Positions 20,471 through 31,458 of a stretch of 64,000 bases of DNA are shown piece after piece (position 1 is the stretch's first letter; each line of letters starts with the position of its first letter). Where the stretch lies: assembly GCA_963729715.1 (NCBI GenBank), contig CAVSPA010000006.1, forward strand, positions 160,001 through 224,000, in the 5' to 3' direction. The translations under genes were made by a program, and so were the position numbers. Source of the stretch: an uncultured delta proteobacterium. Its GTDB lineage: Bacteria > Desulfobacterota > Syntrophia > Syntrophales > UBA2185. The notes beneath the pieces are model-generated. The model was not told the origin of the DNA, did not search any database, and worked only from the letters and a program-made list of their open reading frames with translations.

Positions 20471-21226
20471 ATGAGGAAGCACAGAAAGATCATTAAGATT
20501 GACGAGAAGAAATGTGACGGCTGCGGTTTATGTGTTCCTGCCTGCGCCGAGGGCGCTATCCAGATAAGGGATGGCAAGGCTAAATTAGTGGCGGAGATAT
20601 ATTGCGATGGCTTGGGGGCCTGTCTGGGTGAGTGTCCCAGGGGCGCCCTCAAAATTATTGAACGTGAGGCGGATGACTTTGACGAGGCGGCCGTGGAGGA
20701 GCGCCTGAAATCCCAAGAAACAGGGCCGGTACCCGAAGCGCCGACCATGGCTTGCGGATGCCCGTCTTCGCAAATCATCAGTTTTGCATCGCTACAGCCG
20801 AACGGGAAAGCAAGTAAGACCGTCGCACAGGAAGGTATCGCTTCGGCCCTCTCGCACTGGCCGGTTCAGATCCGGCTCGTACCGCCGACTGCCCCGTTTC
20901 TAAAGAAAGCAGACCTTCTGGTTGTGGCGGATTGTACGCCTGTTGCCTATCCGCGGCTGCACGAGGACTTCATGAAAGGCAGGGTAGTCCTTATGGGCTG
21001 TCCGAAATTCGATGAAACGGATATGTACGTTCATAGATTTGCGCAGGTATTCAAGGAGGCGGATATCAGGAGCATAACTGTGCTTGTCATGGAAGTGCCG
21101 TGCTGCCAAGGACTTCCCGAAATCATACGCAAAGGGATGAATATGGCCGGCAAAAATATCTCCTTGGAAAAAGTGGTTATCGGTAGAACAGGAGAGGTCT
21201 TGAAAAGGGAATCTCTCAAAGGATGA
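20471..21226 (+). CDS. 4Fe-4S dicluster protein of the type found in HcpR regulons
   Basis: CDGCGLCVPAC, CDGLGACLGECP, CGCP, WPVQ, GCPK, MEVPCC. Confidence 0.88.
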   Translation: MRKHRKIIKIDEKKCDGCGLCVPACAEGAIQIRDGKAKLVAEIYCDGLGACLGECPRGALKIIEREADDFDEAAVEERLKSQETGPVPEAPTMACGCPSSQIISFASLQPNGKASKTVAQEGIASALSHWPVQIRLVPPTAPFLKKADLLVVADCTPVAYPRLHEDFMKGRVVLMGCPKFDETDMYVHRFAQVFKEADIRSITVLVMEVPCCQGLPEIIRKGMNMAGKNISLEKVVIGRTGEVLKRESLKG

Positions 21227-21235
21227 TATCTTTTA

Positions 21236-21772
21236 TCACTTTTTCTCCTTTTCATCCCGTAATCTTTTAAAAGCAAAGACCATCTTGCGGAAATCTCTTC
21301 TCAAGGCGGGGTCGCCAAGCTGTTCATCATCTATTACTGGTATCAGAGAAAAGTGTTTGATGAAGGCTCCCCCAAATATACCGGGTACTGTACTGCACTT
21401 TTCGCCGGATGTTGAAAAAATTGTAACGCCCCGTATCGCCGAGCTCGGTGATTTGCTTTTAAAAATAAATCCGCAGAGGTCCTCTTTTTCGAGTTTCGCA
21501 AGTTTCTTTTCTGTCCATTTCATCATTCCGTCGGTGTGGTCGATACCCGTAGAAATCGTTACGAGGCGCGGCTTTTCCGGGTCGCCAACTAGGTGCATGG
21601 GTTCTCGCGGTATTCCGAGTCCGTATTCAACCTCCGGGCAGACAGGCATCCATGCAAAATATTTTCCCAAGGAATCTGTTATGTAGCGATTGTGCCGGTG
21701 TCCCCCATCGTATCTTACTTTCTTTCCCAGGAGGCAGGGGCTTATTCCTACACGTGGTTTTTTCACAGTCAT
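21236..21772 (-). CDS. DUF523/YbbK family (2-thiouracil desulfurase-like)
   Basis: SPCLLGKKVRYDG, PVCPEV..GLGIPREP, KSKSPS. Confidence 0.85.
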   Translation of the reverse strand: MTVKKPRVGISPCLLGKKVRYDGGHRHNRYITDSLGKYFAWMPVCPEVEYGLGIPREPMHLVGDPEKPRLVTISTGIDHTDGMMKWTEKKLAKLEKEDLCGFIFKSKSPSSAIRGVTIFSTSGEKCSTVPGIFGGAFIKHFSLIPVIDDEQLGDPALRRDFRKMVFAFKRLRDEKEKK

Positions 21773-21968
21773 AATAAGGCGCTCTCTGAAGAAAGATTAG
21801 AGTCGATAGGCATTTGACTTTCATGTCATATTTTTTGACTGAGCAATTATCAAAGAGTAACTGCACCCTGTCAATATGAAAATCATTGTAACTTTCATCG
21901 ATGTTGACAAAGAGATCAACTTTTTTATAAGATATATTCTATTGTAATTGAACTTAGGAGGCGCAACA

Positions 21969-22703
21969 ATGTTGATTAAAAGAGCCGTCGGTATTATTTT
22001 AGTGGTTACTGCCTTTGCCATCGTTCTCGGATGTGCAAGCTACGAATCGAAGGTAGTGCCCTTCAAAATGCCCGCAGCCTACCCCAATGCAAAGGAAGTT
22101 GCAGGGGCAACCATCGCCGCCCAGGCCTATAGCGACAAGAAAGAAGCAGAGGACGCTTTTGGATTTGATATCATCGGTGCGGGTTTGATGCCTGTGAGGA
22201 TCATTTTTGATAACAAGGGGAAGCACCCGATTGATATAGTGGCCAATCAAACGTACCTGGTCGATGCAGATAATAACCTCTGGCCCGTGCTCGAGGATAG
22301 GATGGCATACGATCGCATACAGAAGAAAACGGAGTTCGGAAAGGTGGCCCCGGAAGCAGGAAAATACGGGGTGCTGGGCGGCATTGCCGGCGGCGTCATC
22401 GGCGCGGCAATAGGCATTGTATCCGGCCATAATGTCGCTGATGCGGCAATGAAAGGGGCGGCCTTGGGCGCGGCCGCTGGGATCACGGGCGGTGGCTTAA
22501 AGGGAATGAGCGATACCGATGTTCAGTCACAAATCAGATCGGACCTCGAAAAAAGGTCCCTCGAACGCCGTTCCGTCATGCCCGGAGAAATTGCGCAGGG
22601 GTTCATATTCTTCCCGGGCGAATCGAAAAAGGCTGTCGAGCTGCGGCTGCAGATCAAAGAGGCTGATACGGGGAAAAGCTATCCGCTCGTCATGAAATTT
22701 TAG
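21969..22703 (+). CDS. Lipoprotein with glycine-zipper segment
   Basis: AGGAGG RBS, lipobox VLGC, GGIAGGVIGAAIG. Confidence 0.8.
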   Translation: MLIKRAVGIILVVTAFAIVLGCASYESKVVPFKMPAAYPNAKEVAGATIAAQAYSDKKEAEDAFGFDIIGAGLMPVRIIFDNKGKHPIDIVANQTYLVDADNNLWPVLEDRMAYDRIQKKTEFGKVAPEAGKYGVLGGIAGGVIGAAIGIVSGHNVADAAMKGAALGAAAGITGGGLKGMSDTDVQSQIRSDLEKRSLERRSVMPGEIAQGFIFFPGESKKAVELRLQIKEADTGKSYPLVMKF

Positions 22704-24233
22704 ATTGTTCAATGACGCATTCATGAGAATCCTCCCCTCTATGCGGGGGGAGATGGGAGAATGCTTTTCGAGATAGGAAACGAGAACATCTCTCAGAGCC
22801 GTGCCGTACGTAAAATTCTTCCCTTCCTTGAAGGGCGAAAATGCATCTCCGCCGGCGGCAAGGTAATCGATTGTCGTTACCGTATAGATCTTTTCAGGAG
22901 CTAAGGATCGTCTTCCTATATGTACTTCCCGAACCCGGGAGCCCGCCGGTTCAGATAGATCGTACCTTATTTCCATGCCCGAAACCTGCAGGATGCCATG
23001 CTCCAGCTTCGCGTTCTGCTCGAGGATTTCCAGGATTTGCTTTCCTGTAAGTTTCATAGTGACAAGGCTGTTATCGAACGGCAAAAGCGTGAAGACCTGC
23101 TCCATCGTAATTCTCCCTTTTGGGATATTGTTCCTGATAGCGCCACTGTTGATGAAGGCCATATCCGCGCCTGTCCTCTTCCGCATGACGTCGCATATAA
23201 GATTTCCTATGTTGGATTCTCGCTGGTGATACCTTACCAGAGGAACGGAAGTCTCACCGACAACTTTGCCGTATTCTTTCTCTATCCGGCCATAATAGGC
23301 TTGAACGATTTTTGCCAACTCCTTATCATATGGCCTGTCCCTGCCTGCCATAACTTTTTCGAGCTCTTTCTCTTCCGTATGGCTGATGATCTTCCCGGTA
23401 TCGGGATCTATCTTGAGTTTTAAGACGCCGAGATATAATCCGTAGGCGCCCGCCTGGACGATTATTGTGTTCCCAGCCGCCACGGGATTCTCCAATGCCG
23501 TGTGACTGTGTCCGCCCACAATGATATGGATGCCGGAAGTTCGCTGAGCCAAGTCTTTGTCGGCGTCTAATCCGAGGTGGGAAAGGACGATGATGATTAC
23601 GGCCCCTTCGTCCTTTGCCTTTTCTATGAACCGGGGAAGAACGTCTTCGGGCCTATCAACGGTCATGTGTTTAAGGCGGCCAGGTGCCGTGATGCGCGGA
23701 ACTTCGGGCGTGGTCATGCCTATAATCGCGATTTTCACTTTCTTTCTTTCGACTATAATGTATGGCTTAACACCTGGGAGATATCTGCCTCTTTCATCCT
23801 TTATATTTGCGGAGAGATAGGGAAATCTGGACCAAGAGACAAGCTGCCGGAGAGTATCCATTCCCCAATCGAATTCGTGATTCCCGATGGCCATCGCATC
23901 GAACTTCAGAAAGTTCATCACATCTGCCACGGATCGGCCCTTGAAGAGGTTGGAGACGGGCGTTCCTTGGAACATGTCCCCAGCGGAAAGCAGCAAAATG
24001 CCGTCAGGATTTTTTGACCGCTCTTCCTCGATCATACGGGCGAGATAGGCGGCGCCTCCGACCATTTGCCTTTCACCTGAAGTTTCTTCAATATAAGGCA
24101 GAATGCGGCCGTGCGTATCGTTTATATGGAGGATCGTTAAATCGACAGGCACAGCTTCCTTCGCGAGAAGGGCCGGTGGAAAGGAAAAAATGAGAAGCGA
24201 AAGAAGGATAATTATCCTCGCCATCCTTTTCAT
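22527..24233 (-). CDS. Periplasmic 5'-nucleotidase/UDP-sugar hydrolase (UshA family)
   Basis: Signal peptide; NDTHG, AGD, GNHEFD, GGHSH, NSGAIR, LPFDN. Confidence 0.92.
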   Translation of the reverse strand: MKRMARIIILLSLLIFSFPPALLAKEAVPVDLTILHINDTHGRILPYIEETSGERQMVGGAAYLARMIEEERSKNPDGILLLSAGDMFQGTPVSNLFKGRSVADVMNFLKFDAMAIGNHEFDWGMDTLRQLVSWSRFPYLSANIKDERGRYLPGVKPYIIVERKKVKIAIIGMTTPEVPRITAPGRLKHMTVDRPEDVLPRFIEKAKDEGAVIIIVLSHLGLDADKDLAQRTSGIHIIVGGHSHTALENPVAAGNTIIVQAGAYGLYLGVLKLKIDPDTGKIISHTEEKELEKVMAGRDRPYDKELAKIVQAYYGRIEKEYGKVVGETSVPLVRYHQRESNIGNLICDVMRKRTGADMAFINSGAIRNNIPKGRITMEQVFTLLPFDNSLVTMKLTGKQILEILEQNAKLEHGILQVSGMEIRYDLSEPAGSRVREVHIGRRSLAPEKIYTVTTIDYLAAGGDAFSPFKEGKNFTYGTALRDVLVSYLEKHSPISPRIEGRILMNASLNNLKFHDERIAFPRISLFDLQPQLDSLFRFAREEYEPLRNFSGHDGTAFEGPFFEVRSDL

Positions 24234-24709
24234 AAGGAAACCTCTGAAATCTTTTGAGTCCGTCTTCGCCCGTATCATGTGTAGATCCTTATCTAAGAAA
24301 TAAAGAAATGTTATCCAACATATCCAGCCCATCGCGATGTTGCAAGCCCTAAAGTAACAGCTTTTTACGAAGTTATTAGTTATATAATCCTGAAAAATGA
24401 AGGTAATAATAAGTAATAATTTGTAACTTTTTGTATTGCAATGTTGCTCTCATTGTGTATAATGTCATGCCACAAGGATATGAAGAACGAAGTCCATGTT
24501 CATTCTGGGCGGGAAAAGCACGAAATCTTCAATGAAGAATCCTGGGGAAGCACCTTCTGTGCTTTTCTTTCATAACGCAAGAGAGTTTAACAAAACCGTA
24601 TTAATGCTGTCATGAAGCTGTAAGACTCTGAGAGTATATTGACCGCAAAGGAATGATCGTTCCACAAATTATGCCCGGGAAAGATCATTAAATAATAGGA
24701 AGGGAGGAG

Positions 24710-26065
24710 ATGATGAGAAAGGTCTGTATTTTTTTGCTGTCGATTGGTCTGGTCATGGCGTTCGTCTTGCCCGTATCTGCGGCGGATGTAAAGTTCAGCG
24801 GGTCGTATGTGGCACAGGGCTACTACGACAACAACCGCGCGTTATTGCAAAATGGCGGTGCGTCCGTATCCAATGTGTGGCAGAGGCTGAGGATTCAGAC
24901 AGACTTCAGGGTTCAGGAAGGCCTGATGCTGACGACTCGGTTCGATGCCCTGGAAAAGATATGGGGCGCAGCCCGTTCTACAACAGCGACTTCAGTTAGT
25001 ATCGCTGGCAATGACCAGGAAAGTGAGAACATCAAGTTTGAGTATGCGTTTGCGACGTTTAATATTCCCGGCAATGTTGGCACTTTAAAAGTGGGTTACC
25101 AGCAGCAGGGCACATGGGGTACGGCATTTGGCGACACCGGCGAACAGGACTATGGAATGAGGGTCAAGTGGGATTGGGTAACCGGTTCTTTCTTCTGGGG
25201 AGCCCGTTGGGACAAGGTGGAAGGAAAGAAGGAATACAGTAGTCTCGGTCCTGCCGGCAATGTCAACGTATCCACTTATGCTGTGGACCACGACTCGGAA
25301 AAGTATTCTGTCCTCGGCGGGTACACCTGGAGCAAGGGTGATGCCGGTCTGCAAATCACATATTATATCGATACCAGCACTGCCGATAATCCTATCACCG
25401 GATATAAAGCAAGGTACATCCTGTGGTATCCGTATGCTAGGGCGACGTTCGGTCCTGTTTATGTCGAGACAGAGTGGGGTTGGTACACGGGTAAAAGACA
25501 AGAGTACCTTAATGCCGCAACCCACGTGGACCAAGATTATACAGGCTGGCGCGGTTATATCATGGCCAGTCTTGACCTTGCACCGGCCTATGTAGGCGCT
25601 TTGGCATTCTATTCGTCGGGTACTGATATAAATTCACAAAATACGTATTCAGGTGGAGCCAAGATCGGCACCGACTTTCAGCCTTGCCTGATTCTCTGGA
25701 ACTACGATCTCGGCAGGTGGAACGGCGTATTGGGTGGCCAGAATGGCGTTACAACTGCAGGTGCTTACAATTCGGACAATGTTGTGGCATGGCAGATCTT
25801 CGCCGGCGTCAAGCCCGTACCAAAACTGGATGTGAAGGCGAGCTTCACCGGCGCCAGTCTGGACCAGAATGTAGTAAACAATCAGATATCCAAGAACATG
25901 GGCAACGAATTTGATCTCAGCGCAACCTACAAGATCTATGACAATCTGTCATACATGGTTGGCTATGCCTACCTTTGGGCAGGCGATGCCTTTATGGGCA
26001 GCAATTCCAATGCCCAACTCAGTAACGACTATCTTGTGACGCACAAGCTGACGCTTAGTTTCTAA
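24710..26065 (+). CDS. Outer-membrane beta-barrel/porin
   Basis: Signal peptide, aromatic-rich amphipathic strands, C-terminal ...KLTLSF. Confidence 0.8.
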   Translation: MMRKVCIFLLSIGLVMAFVLPVSAADVKFSGSYVAQGYYDNNRALLQNGGASVSNVWQRLRIQTDFRVQEGLMLTTRFDALEKIWGAARSTTATSVSIAGNDQESENIKFEYAFATFNIPGNVGTLKVGYQQQGTWGTAFGDTGEQDYGMRVKWDWVTGSFFWGARWDKVEGKKEYSSLGPAGNVNVSTYAVDHDSEKYSVLGGYTWSKGDAGLQITYYIDTSTADNPITGYKARYILWYPYARATFGPVYVETEWGWYTGKRQEYLNAATHVDQDYTGWRGYIMASLDLAPAYVGALAFYSSGTDINSQNTYSGGAKIGTDFQPCLILWNYDLGRWNGVLGGQNGVTTAGAYNSDNVVAWQIFAGVKPVPKLDVKASFTGASLDQNVVNNQISKNMGNEFDLSATYKIYDNLSYMVGYAYLWAGDAFMGSNSNAQLSNDYLVTHKLTLSF

Positions 26066-26095
26066 TCTAGCTGCATAAGTTCCATTACACTGAAA

Positions 26096-26130
26096 AGAGC
26101 CCCGGTTTACTGACGGGGCTCTCTGTTGTT
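26096..26130 (+). terminator. Terminator-like hairpin after porin gene
   Basis: AGAGCCCCG...CGGGGCTCT stem; weak T tail. Confidence 0.6.
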
Positions 26131-26160
26131 ACCTGAGATTCTTCTATCTTTTGCTGTTGG

Positions 26161-26278
26161 CTTAATTCGGTAGCGAGCACAAACACCCTCGGCTGCTGTG
26201 GGGTAAGCGAGCAAATACCGAACGACATCTTTCCTTAAGAATCGAAGATTCTCCGCGGCAAACCGCGGTGAGCTTCAA
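26161..26278 (+). mobile_element. Non-autonomous IS200/IS605-type palindromic element, copy 1
   Basis: Similar to 36065-36183; shares GGGGTAAGCGAGC and TTCCTTAAGAATCGAAGATTCTCCGC; ends in hairpin + AGCTTCAA. Confidence 0.65.
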
Positions 26279-26280
26279 TT

Positions 26281-26819
26281 AGTGTCCCTTTCGGGGATGG
26301 TGGAAACCCCTCGCCTTTAGGCGAAGAAAAGTTTATATACTGTCGTTATGCGACGTTATCAACTAGGAGCACATAGAACGAGTGACCTCAAGGTTCACTT
26401 AATCTGGATACCGAAATACCGTAAAAAAGTATTGGTAGGGCCAGTGGCGGTTCGCGCGCGAGATGTCTTGCGCCAAATTGCCTTGGAACATGAACTTGAT
26501 ATAATTACCGGCAAAGTAGCGAGCGATCATGTTCATATGTTCATTTCATATAGACCGAGCCATGATGTTAGCAAAACCGTTCAATGGTTAAAAGGGATAA
26601 GCTCGCGAATTTTGCTATCTGAATTTTCCCATTTAAAAAAGCAATTTTGGGGCAGACATCTCTGGGCGCGAGGGTATCTGGCCGTAAGTTCCGGCAACAT
26701 AACGGATGAAATGATCCAGCACTATATTCAAGAGCAAGAAGTGGAGCCGGTGACTGATGGCAGTCGATTTGAAATCGCCCCCTCTTAAACCCCTCGACTT
26801 ATAGTCGAGGGTAATTCAG
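26281..26819 (+). mobile_element. IS200-family insertion sequence (tnpA only; left boundary approximate)
   Basis: Subterminal hairpins AAACCCC-TCGCCTTTAGGCGA (26304-26324) and AAACCCC-TCGACTTATAGTCGAGGG (26787-26811), ending TTCAG. Confidence 0.85.
26348..26788 (+). CDS. tnpA: IS200/IS605 Y1 HUH transposase
   Basis: HLIWIPKYRKKVL, DHVHM (HuH), KGISSR, LWARGY, YIQEQ. Confidence 0.96.
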   Translation: MRRYQLGAHRTSDLKVHLIWIPKYRKKVLVGPVAVRARDVLRQIALEHELDIITGKVASDHVHMFISYRPSHDVSKTVQWLKGISSRILLSEFSHLKKQFWGRHLWARGYLAVSSGNITDEMIQHYIQEQEVEPVTDGSRFEIAPS

Positions 26820-26859
26820 TTTTACGTATGATGCTCAATTTTTTTATCACGGGGGAGCT

Positions 26860-27777
26860 ATGTCAGAGGAGGTGATGAACACCAAGGAGGTGGCCCGCCA
26901 CCTCGATATTCATGAGAAACAGGTGTACATCCTGATTAAGTCCGGAAGGATTCCCGCTACCAAGGTCACGGGGAAGTGGATCTTCCCCAAGAAATTAATT
27001 GATGAATGGATTGAAACGAATGCGAAGCAGGGGCTCAAAGAAGCAAGACAGAAGAGCAGGCAGATAGAAGGGGGACTCCTTGCATCGGGAAGCAACGATC
27101 CTATCCTCGACATGCTGCAAACTTATATAAAAAAGCGTCACCCCGATTTCTATATCTTTTCTGCAAATACAGGGAGCACAGAAGGACTCAAGGCCCTCAA
27201 TAAGGGTCTTACCGATATCGCCTGGTCACACTTGCTTGATGCAAAAAGCGGCCAGTACAATATTCCTTATCTGTCTACCTACCTGCCTGATATAAAAGCT
27301 GTAGTGGTAAATTTCTTCCAAAGGGAATTGGGATTGATCGTGGCTCATGGCAATCCTTTGCATATTAGCGGCTTCGCCGATCTCGCGGAAAAAGGGGTGA
27401 AGATTGTGAACCGGCAGAAGGGTTCCGGAACACGGGTCCTTCTTGATTACCATATGGACAACTTAGGCATTCCGACCCGTGATATCTCCGGCTATGATAC
27501 GGAGGTCTTTACGCATTTCGAAGTGGGACTTGCTGTTCTGTCAAAGGAAGCGGACATAGGCGTAGCCACGGCTGCAGTGGCTAAACTCCTCGGTCTTTCT
27601 TTCGTTCCCGTCACGCGCGAGAACTTCGATATGATCCTTGATCAGTCAACCTTTTTCACCAAAGGGGTTCAAGCCCTCATCGAAGTTCTCAAGTCGAGTG
27701 ATTTTAGGAAGCGTGTTGAAAAACTTGGCGGGTACGATTTTAAAGATTCAGGAAAGGTTCTGTATTCGACGACATGA
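26860..27777 (+). CDS. Excisionase-like HTH + molybdate/tungstate PBP-like transcriptional regulator
   Basis: MNTKEVARHLDIHEKQVY...IPATKVTGKW; GSND, GSTEGL, NRQKGSGTR; heads the tup operon. Confidence 0.85.
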   Translation: MSEEVMNTKEVARHLDIHEKQVYILIKSGRIPATKVTGKWIFPKKLIDEWIETNAKQGLKEARQKSRQIEGGLLASGSNDPILDMLQTYIKKRHPDFYIFSANTGSTEGLKALNKGLTDIAWSHLLDAKSGQYNIPYLSTYLPDIKAVVVNFFQRELGLIVAHGNPLHISGFADLAEKGVKIVNRQKGSGTRVLLDYHMDNLGIPTRDISGYDTEVFTHFEVGLAVLSKEADIGVATAAVAKLLGLSFVPVTRENFDMILDQSTFFTKGVQALIEVLKSSDFRKRVEKLGGYDFKDSGKVLYSTT

Positions 27778-27796
27778 TTGAAAGAGAAACCTATCC

Positions 27797-28669
<873 letters not shown>

Positions 28670-28713
28670 CTGCAAAATTCATATCAAGATAACGCCCTTT
28701 ATCAGGAGGTAAA

Positions 28714-29583
28714 ATGATGAAAAGACTTAATCGTACTTGCTCGATCGCACTGATCATATCCGTCATGTCCGTCCTATTCTGCGTGCTACCCGCAATTGCC
28801 GCGCCGCCTCAGCAGAAAAATATTATTCTTGCAACGACCACGAGCACACAGGACTCTGGTCTTCTTGATGTCCTCTTGCCTGTCTTTGAAAAGACAACGG
28901 GCTATTTTGTTAAGACGATCGCCGTAGGTTCCGGCCAGGCCATGGCCATGGGCCAAAAGGGAGAGGCGGATGTGCTCTTAGTCCATTCACCGGATGCGGA
29001 GAAGAAGTTCATGGCGGGAGGTTATGGCATCAATAGAAGGCTCGTTATGCATAATGATTTTATTATTGTGGGACCGAAGACAGACCGGGCGGGAATCAAG
29101 GGATTAAGGTCTTCTCTTGAGGCCTTCAGGAAGATTGCTTCCACAAATGCCGTTTTTATGTCGCGAGGAGATAACTCGGGAACCGATGCCAAAGAGAAGT
29201 CCATATGGAAGGCTGCCGGGATAAATCCGGAGGGACAAAAGTGGTACCAGCAGACAGGCCTCGGGATGGGACAGACACTGAATGTCGCTGCCGAGAAAAA
29301 AACGTATACCCTTGCCGACCGGGGAACATATCTGGCTTTGAAGAAAAATCTCGGCCTCGATATCCTGGCGGAAGGGGATGCCGTCCTTCTCAATATCTAC
29401 CATGTCATCGATGTTAATCCTGCCAAGTGGCCCAAGGTGAATAGTGGCGGTGCGAAGGCGTTTGCCAACTTCATGGTGTCCAGGCAGGCTCAGGACATTA
29501 TCAAAAAATTCGGCGTGGAGAAATACGGCTCGCCGTTGTTCTTCCCCGATGCTGGAAAAAAGGAAGAAGCGCTTGGCAAATGA
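28714..29583 (+). CDS. tupA: Tungstate ABC substrate-binding protein
   Basis: ATTTSTQDSGLL, MHNDFIIVGP, SRGDNSGT, DRGTY. Confidence 0.92.
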   Translation: MMKRLNRTCSIALIISVMSVLFCVLPAIAAPPQQKNIILATTTSTQDSGLLDVLLPVFEKTTGYFVKTIAVGSGQAMAMGQKGEADVLLVHSPDAEKKFMAGGYGINRRLVMHNDFIIVGPKTDRAGIKGLRSSLEAFRKIASTNAVFMSRGDNSGTDAKEKSIWKAAGINPEGQKWYQQTGLGMGQTLNVAAEKKTYTLADRGTYLALKKNLGLDILAEGDAVLLNIYHVIDVNPAKWPKVNSGGAKAFANFMVSRQAQDIIKKFGVEKYGSPLFFPDAGKKEEALGK

Positions 29584-29628
29584 TAATGCATTTTTCATGA
29601 CGTGAGTCTTCTCTATAGGCAATAGTTC

Positions 29629-30327
29629 ATGGACATAATTATCGAAGGAATAAAGCAGGCCTTTATTCTTCTCTTCACTCTCGATCCTGAAGTCATAGGC
29701 ATCACCTGGCTTTCCCTCAAGGTGTCCGGGATAGCGACGTTTATCAGTCTGCTAATCGGGGTGTCCGTGGGAACCTTAGTTGCCCTGACGCAATTCCCCG
29801 GGCGCAGGATCGTCGTCAGCCTGATCAATACAGGAATGGGACTGCCTCCGGTGGTGGTGGGTCTCTTTGTTAGTATTTTCCTCTGGCGGAACGGTCCCCT
29901 CGGTTTTCTGGAGATTCTTTACACGCCAACAGCCATCATCATTGCACAGGCCATTATTGCCACACCCATAGTCATGGGCATCAGCCTCGCTGCCATACAG
30001 CAGCTTCCCGCAAATCTCAGATTGCAGATCCTGGCCCTTGGTGCTACCCGCCTTCAGATGGTGTGGATTCTCGTCAAGGAGGCGCGGCTGCCGCTCCTGG
30101 CGGCCATCATGGCGGGGTTCGGCGGTGTTATCTCCGAAGTAGGGGCGTCCATAATGGTCGGTGGAAATATCAAAGGATACACACGCGTCCTGACGACGGC
30201 AACGGTAATGGAAACGAGCAAAGGCAATTTCGATATCGCCATGGCCCTCAGTATTATTCTGCTGCTTCTCGCCTTCTTCATCAATGCCGTCCTGACACAT
30301 GTCCAGCAGAGAGAAAGGCCGCGATGA
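29629..30327 (+). CDS. tupB: Tungstate ABC permease
   Basis: GLPPVVVGL, SEVGA..MVGGNI.G.TRVLTTA. Confidence 0.93.
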   Translation: MDIIIEGIKQAFILLFTLDPEVIGITWLSLKVSGIATFISLLIGVSVGTLVALTQFPGRRIVVSLINTGMGLPPVVVGLFVSIFLWRNGPLGFLEILYTPTAIIIAQAIIATPIVMGISLAAIQQLPANLRLQILALGATRLQMVWILVKEARLPLLAAIMAGFGGVISEVGASIMVGGNIKGYTRVLTTATVMETSKGNFDIAMALSIILLLLAFFINAVLTHVQQRERPR

Positions 30328-31439
30328 ACTCTGAGAAATATATACTCGAGGCGAAAAATCTCCAAGTCAAAAGGGGCGGAGTATCTGTTCTGGACATCTC
30401 CTATCTCGGCGTCCCGGAGGGCAAAGTCCTTTGCCTAATCGGGCCGAACGGCGCAGGAAAGTCATCGTTGCTTTTGGCATTGTCGTGTCTCTTGAAATCG
30501 TCTCAGGGTGAGATTATCTTCAGAGGGAAAAGGATAGGATCAAATTATTCTGTATTCGATTATCGAAGGCATCTTGCCATGGTATTTCAGGAACCCCTTC
30601 TGTTTGATACGACGGTTTTTGAAAATGTGGCAGCGGGTTTGAAAATTCGCAGCGTGACGCAGGAGGAAGTGAAACGCGTCGTGGAGGAATACCTGGAACG
30701 TTTCGGCATTGGCCATCTTGCCAAGCGTTCCGCCCGGAAGCTCTCCGGCGGGGAAGCGCAGCGGACGAGCCTTGCGCGGGCCTTTGCCATAAGGCCTGAA
30801 ATCATTCTCCTTGACGAGCCTTTTTCGTCCCTCGACCCGCCGACCCGTGAATCCCTGATGGGAGACCTGGAGCTGATTCTTCGTGAGACAAGGACAACAG
30901 GTATAATGGCAACCCATGACCAGATGGAAGCCCTGAGGCTGTCGGATCAGATCGCTGTGATGAGTGAGGGAAGGATTATGCAGATAGGGCCTCCCGCGGA
31001 ACTCATGAACCATCCCGCGGATGAATTCGTTGCTTCTTTTGTCGGGACGGAGACGATTCTGACGGGGAAAGTTATAAGAAGGAATGCAGGAACCTTTTCA
31101 GTTTCCGTTGCAAGCAGGGAGATTGAAGCTGTGGGCGATGCAAGCCTCGGGGAGTCTGTAATTCTCTGCATCCGCCCGGAGAATGTTACTGTGTTGACGG
31201 GTGCCTCGAAGGAAATTACCAGCGCCCGAAATGTATTCTCGAGTGTGGTAAAGAGGATTATCCCCTCCGGCGCCTTCTATAAAGTAGAGCTTGATTGTGG
31301 TTTTCCCCTGATTACCTACGTGACAAATAATGCCCGCGAAGACCTGTCTATGCACGAGGGCATGGATCTTACGGCGTCCTTCAAGGCGACAGCCATTCAC
31401 GTCATAAGAAAAAAATTATTGCCAAGCTCAGGCGAGTGA
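30324..31439 (+). CDS. tupC: Tungstate ABC ATPase with C-terminal TOBE domains
   Basis: GPNGAGKS, LSGGEAQR, LLDEP; C-terminal FKATAIHV; ATGA coupling with tupB. Confidence 0.9.
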   Translation: MNSEKYILEAKNLQVKRGGVSVLDISYLGVPEGKVLCLIGPNGAGKSSLLLALSCLLKSSQGEIIFRGKRIGSNYSVFDYRRHLAMVFQEPLLFDTTVFENVAAGLKIRSVTQEEVKRVVEEYLERFGIGHLAKRSARKLSGGEAQRTSLARAFAIRPEIILLDEPFSSLDPPTRESLMGDLELILRETRTTGIMATHDQMEALRLSDQIAVMSEGRIMQIGPPAELMNHPADEFVASFVGTETILTGKVIRRNAGTFSVSVASREIEAVGDASLGESVILCIRPENVTVLTGASKEITSARNVFSSVVKRIIPSGAFYKVELDCGFPLITYVTNNAREDLSMHEGMDLTASFKATAIHVIRKKLLPSSGE

Positions 31440-31458
31440 TGCAGGACGTAAGCCGCAT

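Noticed and set aside
24470..24700. Riboswitch in the long porin leader
   Set aside because: No recognisable c-di-GMP, cobalamin, TPP or Moco consensus; a covariance search is needed to exclude it
26860..27030. Excisionase as a sign of a prophage
   Set aside because: The HTH is fused to a PBP domain heading the tup operon; no integrase or phage genes nearby
30063..30323. N-terminal extension of tupC in the ORF track
   Set aside because: Overlaps tupB out of frame; ATGA-coupled start at 30324 fits better
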